Shown here: one piece after another, positions 30,608-41,552 of the stretch
How the letters are laid out: each line of letters begins with the position of its first letter
Numbering within the stretch: position 1 is the stretch's first letter
Source of the DNA: Gemmatimonadota bacterium
Lineage (GTDB): Bacteria > JBHIER01 > G020348925
NCBI GenBank assembly: GCA_020348925.1
Contig: CP070758.1
Location: forward strand, 2,929,688 to 2,993,687
Length of the DNA stretch: 64,000 bases
Direction: 5' to 3'
Notes under the pieces: generated by a model
What the model saw: the letters and a program-made list of their open reading frames with translations, nothing else
Database searches by the model: none
What the model was told of the DNA's origin: nothing
Translations under genes and position numbers: made by a program

Positions 30608-32380
30608 ATGAAGACATATCGAGTTCGCAAGTTTATGAACCCACATTTTCTATTGGCGATTGCAACACTCACACTTGGATGCTCCCGCCAACCAAGAGCA
30701 CCAGGTATTCTGATTGGGCCTTATGTGCAGAACGTCAAGACGAACAGCATCACAATTATGTGGGAGAGCAGTAAACCGGAAAATGGAAAAGTCCTCTATG
30801 GAGAGAAGAGATCGCTTGACGGCGAGACAGATGAAAAAGGTTTGAGTACTATTCATGAAATCACCTTAACCGGACTAAAAAGTGAAACGAGATACTATTA
30901 CCGGGTCCAGTCAGGAAAAGATGTCAGCGATGTCTATTCTTTCAAAACAGCCGTTATGAAGGAATCGCCTTTTTCCTTTGCCAGTTATGGTGACAATAGA
31001 GATGGGCCGGTTATGCACAGGAAGATAACGAATCTCATTGCTTCAAAAAATCCTGATTTTGTCATTCATAATGGTGATCTGGTCAATAAAGGTCCCGTAC
31101 AAAAGCAGTGGGGACTGTTGTTCTTTAATCCCGCTCATCGGTTGATGAGTCAATTTCCGCTCTATCCCGTGCTTGGGAATCATGAAGAAAATTCGGAACA
31201 CTTCTATAATTTTTTTTCATTGCCAAATAACGAGAGATGGTATTCCTTCGATTACGGAAAAGCCCACTTTATTATGCTCGATTCCGATGATGAAGGATTG
31301 TTTGAGAATGGAGTGCAACACACCTGGCTGATCGATGACCTGAAAAAGAAATCGGCGACGTGGACATTCGTCACCTTGCACGTCCCTCCTTTCACGGCGG
31401 GAGGAAACTACTATAAAAGGAGACGTATTCGGTTGAAAAATGTGTTGCACACTTTAATGGAAAGGTATGGTGTGGATATTGTGTTCAGCGGTCACGATCA
31501 CAATTACGAACGGACTCGACCCATTGTCTCGAAAAACGGTGCCCATCCAGTAACGTATGTGATTGCGGGAAACGGTGGAACTCCGATGCGATATATCGGC
31601 CATCGTGAATGGACTCTCTACGCGGAACGGGTCTTTGGATTCGTATTGGTCCAGGTTGATGGGAAAAAACTCCTTCTACGCGGGATGAACATTGAAAATG
31701 AGGTGATCGATGAGTTAATCCTGGACAAAGATGATCCCGCGTCCATGGCCTCATACGAAGAGAAACGAGTCTTTTTTGAGGATATCGTTGATCCGGTTGA
31801 AACTGCCAAATATTATGGGGATGGGGATGATCTTGTTGACGAGGAGCGATATGAAGAGGCTATCATACTGCTTGAAAAAGCATATGCCGCCGATACGACT
31901 TGCATTCAAGCTCTTGCCGGAGTTGCCAGATGTCGATACGAACTGGGACAGTATGAGGAAGCGCTCTCATACGCCATGAGGGGAATTCGAAAAATGCCAA
32001 ATTACCCTGACAGCTATGAGGTCCTGATAGATGTGTTGATCAATCACGGAAAATATGATGAGGCACTGGAATGGTGTCAGAAATGGCTGTTGATTGAACC
32101 CGATAGCCCGGATGCCAATGAAACCATGTCGAAGATTTATGAGGAACAGAAGCAGTATGATTTGGCGATTGAGGAAATGATGAAAGCCTTGGCCATACTT
32201 CCATCCGAAGCTGATCTCTATTTCCGCCTTGGCCAGCTTTATGAAACCGTCGGACAGACAGGGAAAGCGGTGAAGGCCTATCAAATGGGTCTGGATTGGT
32301 TTACTGATGATGAACCGAAAAAAATGAGAAGAATGGAAAAAGTGAAGTCGAGGATTCAGCAGATATCATCAATGCGGTAA
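30608..32380 (+). CDS. Purple-acid-phosphatase-like metallophosphoesterase (FN3 + calcineurin-like) with C-terminal TPRs; probable lipoprotein
   Basis: Lipobox LTLGC; GD, GDLV, GNHE and GHDHNYER motifs; TPR helices. Confidence 0.85.
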   Translation: MKTYRVRKFMNPHFLLAIATLTLGCSRQPRAPGILIGPYVQNVKTNSITIMWESSKPENGKVLYGEKRSLDGETDEKGLSTIHEITLTGLKSETRYYYRVQSGKDVSDVYSFKTAVMKESPFSFASYGDNRDGPVMHRKITNLIASKNPDFVIHNGDLVNKGPVQKQWGLLFFNPAHRLMSQFPLYPVLGNHEENSEHFYNFFSLPNNERWYSFDYGKAHFIMLDSDDEGLFENGVQHTWLIDDLKKKSATWTFVTLHVPPFTAGGNYYKRRRIRLKNVLHTLMERYGVDIVFSGHDHNYERTRPIVSKNGAHPVTYVIAGNGGTPMRYIGHREWTLYAERVFGFVLVQVDGKKLLLRGMNIENEVIDELILDKDDPASMASYEEKRVFFEDIVDPVETAKYYGDGDDLVDEERYEEAIILLEKAYAADTTCIQALAGVARCRYELGQYEEALSYAMRGIRKMPNYPDSYEVLIDVLINHGKYDEALEWCQKWLLIEPDSPDANETMSKIYEEQKQYDLAIEEMMKALAILPSEADLYFRLGQLYETVGQTGKAVKAYQMGLDWFTDDEPKKMRRMEKVKSRIQQISSMR

Positions 32381-32490
32381 TTTCTGACTAAAGTACGGGA
32401 AACGTCCGAGTAGGATTTCTTTTCTTTCAATGAAGGGGAACATATTCTTGCCGAAAGTGCCGAGAGAAGAATTCAACTCTTAGAGGAACT

Positions 32491-33207
32491 GTGACAATAC
32501 GATTGAAACTCAATCAGGATGATCATTTTTTCGGGTTCGGCGTAAAATTCGGTACCCTTGACAAAGTTGGGACATACGTTGAATGCATGAACAGGGAGCT
32601 TGGGGACGGTTACGGTTATGAAACCTATGGAAATGTTCCTTTTTTCATAAACCCGAAAGGCTATGATCTTTTTTTCCATAGCACATGGAGAACTGAGTAT
32701 CATTTAGGTGACATCTCCGGAGAGTGGTTCGCGGATGGCGGAGACGTGGAATTCTTTTTTATCTTTGGTTCTGCTGACTCAAACTGTGACGATCTTACGG
32801 GTTCTGACTATTTCTGGCATTCCAGCCATCCAGACCTGGTCTCCATGTTTGAAAGGTGCAGCGGCCGAGCTTTAAAATGTCTCTTCATGATCGGCCGATT
32901 CCGTATGGCGCACTGGGAAGGTATCCATTGAGAGTGGGTTCGCTGTCCCACTCCAGTACGAGTATCTGGATTTTTCCGTCTCTGAGGCTGCCGAATGGTG
33001 GTGGCGCCGCTACGAGGTGCTGAGGGGCATGGACGTGAACGCTTTTTTTTACGGGTACACCAATCCCAGCCTGCTCGCATACAGATGGACCGGAAAAAAG
33101 CAAGGTGCTTTGATGAGACATCGTACTGGGATAAAGCCGAACTGGGTTGGATCTACAACAAGGACAAGCAGAGTGGAAAAAGAAGTACCTTTTTGGGGGA
33201 AAATTGA
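32491..33207 (+). pseudogene. GH31 alpha-glycosidase relic
   Basis: GH31 N-domain-like FFGFG..YGNVPFFINPKGY. No catalytic barrel; only short broken fragments follow. Confidence 0.6.
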
Positions 33208-33210
33208 ATC

Positions 33211-35106
33211 ATGCGAATGATTCAGATATGTTTGCTCATATTCATCTTAGCTGAAGTCTTGAACAGAGATGGTTATAGTCAATCTGTGGGAGAAAAAGTC
33301 TCTTTAAAAACCGAATGTTCGCAGACACTTCGTGTTCTTGTGGACGGCTTGGTTGATTTGCAGGTTACTAGCGTCTCGGATTCTAATTTTGGGGCTCTTC
33401 ATTGTAAACATTGTAATGTCTATCATACCCGAGCCGCTGAAGTGGTTTATCCGTTTGCAGTCGTCTTCAAACAAACGGGTGATCCCAAATATCTGATAGC
33501 TGCAAAACATCTGGGAAATTGGCTCATCAGACAGCAGCTCCCGGAGGGTTCATGGAAAGAGACTCCGGAAGAATGGACGGGGACAACGACCGACCAACTG
33601 TTAATGATGGCTTGTGCTTATCCACTTATGAGGGATCATCTATCTGAAACCGAGAAAGAACACTGGAAGTTCTCAATAACCGGAGCGGCTGATTATCTTG
33701 TCAATGTCATGAATCCTGAATTCGCCAGTATCAATTATTGCGCTACAACCACTGCGACATTAGCGTTGACGCACCGGGTTATTCCTGCTGAGGAGTATCT
33801 GAGAAAGGCAAGTGAACTGGCCATACAGGTTATATCTAAGATGGATGAGGATGGTTTCATAACAGGGGAAGGAGGAAGAATTCGAGGGGTGAAATACGGT
33901 GTCGATGTGGGATACGACTTGGATATGTCGCTGTGGGGGTTGGGACTTTACGCTCACGAAACAGGCGATTCTCTTGTGAATCGATATGTTCTGAATGCCC
34001 TGGAAAATCATCTCTATTTTGTTTTTCCAGACGGTTCGATCGATGGATCATGGGGTATTCGATCCAACAAATGGACAACGTATGGCAGCCAGACGGCAGA
34101 TGGGTGCCAAATCCTTTTCAGCCTGTATGCGCACGAGGATGCTCGGTATCGAACTGCGGCCTTTCGGAATTTGGCATATCTGCGGACGATGATTGAAGAT
34201 GATCTTGTCGGATATGGACCTCACTATTGGGATCTCTTTGATATCACTCCGTGTATTTACCCAACCTTTGCTCGATCGAAAAATCTGGCTCTCGCTGTTG
34301 AGTTTGGTGATCAAACGGAAGGATTAATCGCCCCTTTGCCGACAGAAGACGTTGGCTGGACACGCCATTTTCCTACAGTAGATGTGGTTCTAACTCGTAC
34401 AAGAAATTTGATAGCTTCAATTACTGCCTACGATTACAAGGACGTGAAAAGGAGAGATCGAAGTAAATACATGTACCGACCCTCAGGGGGATCCATAAGT
34501 AATTTGTGGGTCCAGAATCATGGTTTCTTACAGATTTCAAGTCAAACAGTCTACCATCGCTGGGAACCGATGCATTTCCCCGAAGTGAAAGACACTGTCA
34601 TATGTTTAACGCCACGAATTGAATTTACTGACGAAAGCGGTTACTATACTAATCTGTATGAATTTGATGGCCGGATTTCGATTCATCGGGATGAGCAGTT
34701 AGGTGCAATTGTTTCAACTTCAGGTGAACTAAAAGATAATCGGCAGTATCCAGGTGGTGTGGCGTATGTTTGGACTCACACCTTTACCGATGATGCGATT
34801 GAAAAATCGGTTCTACTGCGGTACCACGGTAAAAAAACAGAAGTACGAATAATTGAACCTATTGTGCAGCAACATAATATGAGATTTCAATTGCTGAATC
34901 CCGGGGCGGTCTCAATCCAGGGTGGCAACCGGGATTTTCGTTTGGAGGTCGTGGAAGGCGATGTCCGGCTTGAAATAGGGCAAGATGAATCCCTCTACTG
35001 GTTTCCCTTACCCGCTGTGAAGTGCTACCCACTAATACTGTATGTTGACATTCCGAAGCGTTGGTTCGAACAGGAGATTATCTATCGAATTTCGGTTCTT
35101 AAATGA
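33211..35106 (+). CDS. Secreted (alpha/alpha)-toroid-like protein, possibly glycan-active
   Basis: Signal peptide; helical repeats (LGNWLIRQQLPEGSW, PDGSIDGSWG) followed by a beta-rich C-terminus; position in the TBDR locus. Confidence 0.6.
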   Translation: MRMIQICLLIFILAEVLNRDGYSQSVGEKVSLKTECSQTLRVLVDGLVDLQVTSVSDSNFGALHCKHCNVYHTRAAEVVYPFAVVFKQTGDPKYLIAAKHLGNWLIRQQLPEGSWKETPEEWTGTTTDQLLMMACAYPLMRDHLSETEKEHWKFSITGAADYLVNVMNPEFASINYCATTTATLALTHRVIPAEEYLRKASELAIQVISKMDEDGFITGEGGRIRGVKYGVDVGYDLDMSLWGLGLYAHETGDSLVNRYVLNALENHLYFVFPDGSIDGSWGIRSNKWTTYGSQTADGCQILFSLYAHEDARYRTAAFRNLAYLRTMIEDDLVGYGPHYWDLFDITPCIYPTFARSKNLALAVEFGDQTEGLIAPLPTEDVGWTRHFPTVDVVLTRTRNLIASITAYDYKDVKRRDRSKYMYRPSGGSISNLWVQNHGFLQISSQTVYHRWEPMHFPEVKDTVICLTPRIEFTDESGYYTNLYEFDGRISIHRDEQLGAIVSTSGELKDNRQYPGGVAYVWTHTFTDDAIEKSVLLRYHGKKTEVRIIEPIVQQHNMRFQLLNPGAVSIQGGNRDFRLEVVEGDVRLEIGQDESLYWFPLPAVKCYPLILYVDIPKRWFEQEIIYRISVLK

Positions 35107-35236
35107 GGAGGAGAGTACTTCTCAGTAAGGAAAGATCTCCTGAAACAAAAGATAAGGACTGAATTGGAAACGTTCTGACAGCATGGCAAATGTACTCGTA
35201 AATATGAAAAATAAGTTGAAATACATTTGAAAAAAG

Positions 35237-35291
35237 TTGACAATGAAATACGAAGATTATATTTTAAGTAAACCTGATATACTTGGTATAT
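35237..35291 (+). promoter_or_regulatory. Promoter plus palindromic operator, copy 2
   Basis: TTGACA at 35237, TATATT/TATTTT near 35258-35265, and the perfect inverted repeat ATATAC-TTG-GTATAT at 35277-35291. Confidence 0.7.
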
Positions 35292-35354
35292 TGAGTTTCT
35301 CTGGAACTATTTTAAGGACGACAGTCAGCGTACTCACCGTCGGAGAATCAAAAT

Positions 35355-36464
35355 ATGTCAATCGATTTTGAAAATCCTACGCCGCTCTACCTTCAAATTG
35401 CTTCCGATATCCGCAAAAAAATAGATGAAAACATATTATCCGTCGGAGAAAAGATTCCTTCGCAAGCAGAACTCAGTCAGTCCTACGACGTCAGTTTGAT
35501 TACTGTAAAAAAGGCTCTCTCAGAACTGGTCAATCAGAAATATCTTTTCAGCAGGGCGGGCAAGGGCACCTACGTGGCAGATATTAACAAATCAAGGCAA
35601 CTTGATTTGGAGAAGAATAAAAGTATAGGTGTCGTTCTAAAGGATCTTTCGAGCCCGTTCTTTTCCCTCATCATTAAGGGCGTCGAGGCAGCGGCTTATA
35701 AAAATGGGTACAACCTGTTGGTGTCTCATACAGCAGACAAAATGGAAAAGGAGGAAAAGCAGGTTGAACATTTCAAAGACATCGGTGTGAAAGGATTGAT
35801 TATTGCATCGATGCTTCATACCTATAGAAAAACGGATTACATGAGAGAACTCCAGGATGCGGGATTCCCTTTTGTGCTTGTTTCATATATTGAGGATGAT
35901 GATGTCGATTACGTCGGTGTTGATCACGAGATGGGGGCATACCTGGCAGGAAAGCATCTGGTAAAACTCGGCCACGAACGAATCGGGTATATCCAGAGTG
36001 AGAAGGGCAATGTTTTGGGTGAAGTACGTTTTGCAGGATTCATAAAGGCCATGAATGAGTACGGAAAAAAAGTGAATGAGGATGATATATATTACCTGCC
36101 CTATAAAGGGGAGCAGAATTATTTCAAATCGGGTCATGAAATAGGTAATCGCTTTGCATTATTACATGAACGACCAACTGCTTTATGTACCTACAACGAT
36201 CTTTCAGCACTGGGATTCAAGAAAGCAGTGCTTGAGAAGGGTATACGAATTCCTGATGACGTTGCCCTTGTGGGTTTCGATGATATCGAGATGAGCTCTC
36301 AATCGGCGATTACGTTGACAACAGTGCGGCAGCCGACATTTGAAATTGGGAAAAAAGCTTTTGAGATTCTACTGAGCAAACTGAATGGTGACACAAAGAA
36401 TCAAAGATATCTGTTCAAACCAAAACTCATCATCAGGAAATCTTGTGGGGCTCTATTAAAGTAA
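35355..36464 (+). CDS. GntR-HTH + LacI-type sugar-binding transcriptional regulator (AraR-like architecture)
   Basis: GntR wHTH (PLYLQI, VSLITVKKAL, GKGTYV) plus LacI domain (YNDLSA, ALVGFDD, LTTVRQP). Confidence 0.92.
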   Translation: MSIDFENPTPLYLQIASDIRKKIDENILSVGEKIPSQAELSQSYDVSLITVKKALSELVNQKYLFSRAGKGTYVADINKSRQLDLEKNKSIGVVLKDLSSPFFSLIIKGVEAAAYKNGYNLLVSHTADKMEKEEKQVEHFKDIGVKGLIIASMLHTYRKTDYMRELQDAGFPFVLVSYIEDDDVDYVGVDHEMGAYLAGKHLVKLGHERIGYIQSEKGNVLGEVRFAGFIKAMNEYGKKVNEDDIYYLPYKGEQNYFKSGHEIGNRFALLHERPTALCTYNDLSALGFKKAVLEKGIRIPDDVALVGFDDIEMSSQSAITLTTVRQPTFEIGKKAFEILLSKLNGDTKNQRYLFKPKLIIRKSCGALLK

Positions 36465-36502
36465 ATAATACAAGAAACTGCAGAGTGAAGGATGTAGAAA
36501 AA

Positions 36503-39085
36503 ATGAAAACACACAGGTATCTGGCTCTGATGGTTGTGGGTTCTTTTCTGTTCTGTTCGGGAGTACTTGCAGGTACTACGGGCAAGATATCCGGGACAGT
36601 GCGAGACGCCGACAACGGTGAGCCACTTCCAGGGGCGAACGTTATCATTGAAGGAACGACTTTGGGGGCGGCGACGAATATGGAGGGATTCTACTTCATC
36701 ATTAATGTCCCACCGGGCACGTATTCACTGAGAGCCACGATGGTGGGATATACGCCCCAGAGCAAAACCCAGGTGAAAGTGTCAACTGATGTGACAACGA
36801 AACTCGATTTCGAATTGTCCACGACAGTAGTCGAATTGGGATGTGTCACTGTGACGGCCGAGCGACCGGCGATTCAGAAGGATCTCACATCCAGTCTTCA
36901 GGCTTTCGGGGGCCAGGAGATAGCCGAGGCACCTGTCGAGCAATTGTCAGAAATGATTGAAATTCAAGCGGGTGTCAATCAAATGGGGTCGGAGGCCAGT
37001 GGTTTCGTGAGTGGAGCTCCAGGTGATGGTCTCCACATACGAGGCGGTCGTGAAAATGAGACGGTCTTTCTACTGGACGGTGTAAAAGTGGGGGATGATG
37101 TATACGGCGGATCCCGATACATACAAAACACTTCAGGTAGTACCATTGATGAAATGAAGACCATCATTGGCACCTTCAATGCGGAGTACGGTGGAAAGAC
37201 TGGTGGAGTGATCAGTGTTATCACGAAGGATGCCTCACCGAAATTTTCAGGAAGTTTCAGTGGATATACGGATAACTTTGGAATTGATGACTATGATCGA
37301 GATACGTTCCAGGGTGAGTTTAGCCTGAGTGGTCCCATACCGAGTCTCAAAAAGCTCTCCTTTTTCGTTAACGGCCAAATGAAGTCCACCGATGGGCGTT
37401 CTGACATTTTTGGCGTTGAAATTCCCGGCTGGAAGGATTCCGAGGGGCGTGTGGGTCGCGTTCCCGACGAGAACGTTCCCGATGATTGGAAAGTCCCCCT
37501 GGACTGGGAAGACAAATGGAATGGTATGGCCAAACTTATCTACAAGCCTACCCCCAGCTTGAAATTTACTTCGAGTTATTTTTATTCCCGTAACAAGGAT
37601 GGGAAATACAGACACGAATACAGGTATCTGCCCTATCATATGCCCTGGGTGGACACGGAAAACTTCGGTGTCATTGTTAAGATGGTGCATACAGTCAGTT
37701 GCAATACGTTCTATGAACTGATGGGATCGTATCAAAAAACCGATTTTTTCTACGGGACGACCAAGGATCGGGAGAAAAAGCCCCTCTATGGGGATAGAAT
37801 TACATACCAGGATTATTATGTTTCCGGTGCCGTTCATGATTACAACACCGATTCTCTGTCGACTTGGCAACTTGTCGGCAACCTGACCAGCCAGGTCACC
37901 AAGAACCATCAGATCAAGACGGGATTGGAAGTCCGATGGCTTGATGTCTTTCACCGCATGGATATGGCCGGCGGCTCACCTATCCAGGAGATCGACGGCG
38001 AGATCTACGAGGTCCATCTTTCCTATGCCGGACGAAAACCCACAGAAATCGCAGGGTACATCCAGGATAAAATGGAGTTCGATGAGTTGGGCATGATTAT
38101 GAACGCCGGTGTTCGCTTGGAACTCTGGGATCCGAATATGGAGTATATGCTGGACCCAAATCTTCCCTATACTACCGATATGATTCCCACGGAGAAAAAA
38201 TTCCGAATCAGTCCACGTTTCGGTATCTCTTACCCAGTTTCGGACAAGGCCGCGTTCCACCTGGCCTACGGCCATTTTTATCAGTTACCGAAATACATGG
38301 AGCTGCTCTCCTGCCTGACCGACGAGGGGTATTACGCCGGCCGACCGAATCTGGCCGCTTCTCAGGATCCAGGCATTTCAAATCCAAATGCAGAGCCGGA
38401 GAAAACGGTTTCCTATGAGGCGGGTATTCAGTTCCAGTTGACTGAAGAGATGTCAATGAACCTTACGCCATTTTACCGGGAGATGGGTGAACTCATGGGG
38501 GTCTTGTGGTTGGATGGAGGCGGGGGATATGTTTACCTTGACAATATTGATTTTGGGAACGCCAAAGGTATTGAGTTGATGGTGGACAAACGACTGAGTG
38601 GTTACTGGTCAGCCCGCTTTAATTATGCGTGGTCCACTGCCAAAATTAGCACATCAAGTCCGTTAAATGCAGCCCAGAAAAACCGATTCATCGCCTATCG
38701 AACCTTTCTGGCCGATTGGGACCGTCCCCATGATATCAGTCTCTTCCTTCTCTTCAGTGATCCACAAAGCTGGGGGATAAGTGCCATCACCAGTGTCCGA
38801 TCAGGACGTCCCTATACGGTTCTCGCGGAACAATTGAACACCGAACGTATGCCCTGGGAAATTACGACGGACGTGAGGCTCAGCAAGTATTTCAACCTCT
38901 TCGGTCTCAAAGAGACTTTCTATATAAAAATCGATAATATCTTTAACCGTAGAAATGTTCGGAGTGTATACTCACAGACGGGCAAGTGGGATGTCGATGG
39001 CGAATCGGAGAGGCATCTGACGGCTGTACCGACGAGAATTTCCGATGGGAGGACGGTCCGCCTTGGCTTCAAATTCAGCTTTTAA
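36503..39085 (+). CDS. TonB-dependent receptor
   Basis: GKISGTV..PLPGANV N-domain, HIRGGR plug, FNAEYG, SPRFGISYP and C-terminal FKFSF. Confidence 0.92.
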   Translation: MKTHRYLALMVVGSFLFCSGVLAGTTGKISGTVRDADNGEPLPGANVIIEGTTLGAATNMEGFYFIINVPPGTYSLRATMVGYTPQSKTQVKVSTDVTTKLDFELSTTVVELGCVTVTAERPAIQKDLTSSLQAFGGQEIAEAPVEQLSEMIEIQAGVNQMGSEASGFVSGAPGDGLHIRGGRENETVFLLDGVKVGDDVYGGSRYIQNTSGSTIDEMKTIIGTFNAEYGGKTGGVISVITKDASPKFSGSFSGYTDNFGIDDYDRDTFQGEFSLSGPIPSLKKLSFFVNGQMKSTDGRSDIFGVEIPGWKDSEGRVGRVPDENVPDDWKVPLDWEDKWNGMAKLIYKPTPSLKFTSSYFYSRNKDGKYRHEYRYLPYHMPWVDTENFGVIVKMVHTVSCNTFYELMGSYQKTDFFYGTTKDREKKPLYGDRITYQDYYVSGAVHDYNTDSLSTWQLVGNLTSQVTKNHQIKTGLEVRWLDVFHRMDMAGGSPIQEIDGEIYEVHLSYAGRKPTEIAGYIQDKMEFDELGMIMNAGVRLELWDPNMEYMLDPNLPYTTDMIPTEKKFRISPRFGISYPVSDKAAFHLAYGHFYQLPKYMELLSCLTDEGYYAGRPNLAASQDPGISNPNAEPEKTVSYEAGIQFQLTEEMSMNLTPFYREMGELMGVLWLDGGGGYVYLDNIDFGNAKGIELMVDKRLSGYWSARFNYAWSTAKISTSSPLNAAQKNRFIAYRTFLADWDRPHDISLFLLFSDPQSWGISAITSVRSGRPYTVLAEQLNTERMPWEITTDVRLSKYFNLFGLKETFYIKIDNIFNRRNVRSVYSQTGKWDVDGESERHLTAVPTRISDGRTVRLGFKFSF

Positions 39086-39143
39086 AGATGGAATGCCAAT
39101 GAACAAGAGCATCAATAATGAAGAGCCTGAGGAGGTTTATTGA

Positions 39144-41507
39144 ATGTGTACCGGAAAGCGAGTGATATCTATCGGAGGCGTTATTCTTCTTCTGTCCCTG
39201 GCTTTGATTTCCTGTCTGTATGGCCAGGCCCAGGAGCCGAGGGACTATCAGCGTTGGGGAAAATTCGGTGTCGGTAAACTGGTCACCACCCAGAACAACC
39301 TGAACTGTATCGGTGACGGCCAGATGCGCTGGCCGGTCTGGGCCCATCATCCGGCCATGGAGTATCCCTATAATCCCGAACCCGGGGGCCGACACATCAT
39401 GTACACCGTGGGTATGTCCTTCCATATCGGCGGCTACTGTGAAGACTACGGGCCGGCCTTTGATCCGGCGCAGAGCCAGGCCGGTGATAATCCAACCGAG
39501 ACGCCCCGTTTTGAAAGCGCGGACAGGACCTACTATCGTTACTATGACGGTTTTCACTTTGATGGATTACCGGAATATGTGGCCCCTGCCGAAGATGCCA
39601 GCGTTCCCGTCAGCGATGATCCGTCAACCTGGCCGGCCCTCTGGCCTGAGCAGTACCCGGCGGAAGACTGGTATCATTCCAGCCGATACCCGGAATATCG
39701 CAATGTCTATCAATCGGGATTGACCTCCCCGGTTCCTCTGCTTATCGATTCAACAACGGGTTGGCCCGGAGTGGGGCCCCATGGTGAGCTTCTCGCCGAC
39801 CAGGAAAGTTTTTCGGTCAACTTCTCGAGGAACAGGGAAGTGGTCGAAGACCCTGACCTGGATGACGGTAAATTGATGGTCTATACAATCCTGAGGGGCC
39901 TCTCCTATGGTGGGGATTTTTATGATGATTTTCTCGTGTACCAGTGGGCCGTGACCAATATCTCCCCCAAACCGATTACGGAGACATATCTGGGCATGCT
40001 GGTCGATTTCGATTTTCCCTGGGCCTGCTACGCCGGGTACAGCAGTTACAATGAGACCGATTGCTATGCCTACGATCATGCCATGCAGATGGCCTACGGC
40101 TGGGACGGGGACGGCGAAGTAGCCGGCGCGACATACGGGGACTGGGATCACCCGGAACCTGCAAAATTGACGGATGAATCTATCGTCGAAAATCCGGCGC
40201 TGGCCGGCGTCATGTTCCTCAAGACACCGCAGAAGGACGACGGCTCAGGCGAGCTGGGAGTGACGAGTTTCGATGCCTTTTATATCAAGCTGAAAGACAG
40301 TGAATACGGCATGGGCAGCTCTCATTATGAATTTTACTGGAACAATGTCGCCAATAATCGGTTCGCAACCGGCGAGCCTGGCCGGGATCCGGATGACCTG
40401 GACGGTGACGGTATAGATGACTGGACGTGGGAGCATCCCTTTCCTGTGGGAAACGAAGCCGTCTACCGTGAGGGCCACAAATGCGAGTTTACCATCAATA
40501 CCGGTCCCTTCACCCTGGAACCTGGGGAGACGGAGACATTGACCGTGGCCGTTGTCATGGGGGAAAGTCGGGATGCCTTATTCAAGAACGCCCGTTTTGC
40601 CCAACAGTTGTATGATAATGATTGGAAGCCCTTGAAACCGCCCCTTGATCCTGTGGTCAGGACGGAGGTGGGTAGTGGATATGTGAGGTTGATCTGGGAT
40701 GATCGGAGCGAGAGCGATTCGCTCAATACCCTCTATAATCGTGAGCCCTTTGAGGGATACAAGATATATCGGAGTAAAGACGGGGGATTGACCTGGGGAT
40801 CACTGCCCATCACCGATGAGAACGGGACCACAGTCGATTATGTGCCTCTGGGACAGTGGGATTTGGCCAACGGTATCACTGGGGCGTCTTCCGTTCTGCC
40901 GACCTTTCAACGAGGGACAGACAGCGGTCTGGGCGAACTCCTGGAAGTCGTGGATTCTGATACGGCTATCATTGAGGTGGTCGATGGGGATACGATTTTT
41001 TACGGTGAGTTTTTCGCCGGTGACACGACTGGGCGTCGGATTTTCCTCGACGAGAGCGTTATTGATGGTTTCACCTACCGGTATGCTGTGGTGGCCTACA
41101 GTGCAGGCAATGAGGAAACCGAGATTCCTCCTGTGCAGAGCTCGAAATCAACCGGAACTCAGATCGTGTCAGTGGTGCCCCACGGTGATAAAGCCACCAT
41201 TGCATCGGAGCTGGATCTGATCCGGGTGGTGCCTAATCCTTACCGGGTCATCGCCGACTGGGAGCTGTCCCAGGATGAGCGGATGATCAAATTCACCCGT
41301 TTGCCCCAGCGGTGCACAATTCAGATTTACAACGTGGCCGGCGAGTGGATAAGAACCCTGGAACACAATGAAAATTCTCCTGTCGATTCAGAAGAGGTCT
41401 GGAATCTGAGAACCCACGAAAATCGTGAGGTGGCACCGGGGCTCTATTTCTATTACATCACATCAGCTTTGGGCGCAAAAACAGGTAAGTTTGTGATCAT
41501 AAAATAG
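39144..41507 (+). CDS. Large secreted protein with FN3-like domain and T9SS-like tail
   Basis: Signal peptide; FEGYKIYRS; tail VVPNPY..IYNVAGE..VAPGLYFY..GKFVIIK. Confidence 0.8.
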   Translation: MCTGKRVISIGGVILLLSLALISCLYGQAQEPRDYQRWGKFGVGKLVTTQNNLNCIGDGQMRWPVWAHHPAMEYPYNPEPGGRHIMYTVGMSFHIGGYCEDYGPAFDPAQSQAGDNPTETPRFESADRTYYRYYDGFHFDGLPEYVAPAEDASVPVSDDPSTWPALWPEQYPAEDWYHSSRYPEYRNVYQSGLTSPVPLLIDSTTGWPGVGPHGELLADQESFSVNFSRNREVVEDPDLDDGKLMVYTILRGLSYGGDFYDDFLVYQWAVTNISPKPITETYLGMLVDFDFPWACYAGYSSYNETDCYAYDHAMQMAYGWDGDGEVAGATYGDWDHPEPAKLTDESIVENPALAGVMFLKTPQKDDGSGELGVTSFDAFYIKLKDSEYGMGSSHYEFYWNNVANNRFATGEPGRDPDDLDGDGIDDWTWEHPFPVGNEAVYREGHKCEFTINTGPFTLEPGETETLTVAVVMGESRDALFKNARFAQQLYDNDWKPLKPPLDPVVRTEVGSGYVRLIWDDRSESDSLNTLYNREPFEGYKIYRSKDGGLTWGSLPITDENGTTVDYVPLGQWDLANGITGASSVLPTFQRGTDSGLGELLEVVDSDTAIIEVVDGDTIFYGEFFAGDTTGRRIFLDESVIDGFTYRYAVVAYSAGNEETEIPPVQSSKSTGTQIVSVVPHGDKATIASELDLIRVVPNPYRVIADWELSQDERMIKFTRLPQRCTIQIYNVAGEWIRTLEHNENSPVDSEEVWNLRTHENREVAPGLYFYYITSALGAKTGKFVIIK

Positions 41508-41552
41508 TATCATATGACCCCAGGAGGGATAAATCATGAAAAAATATAGTGA

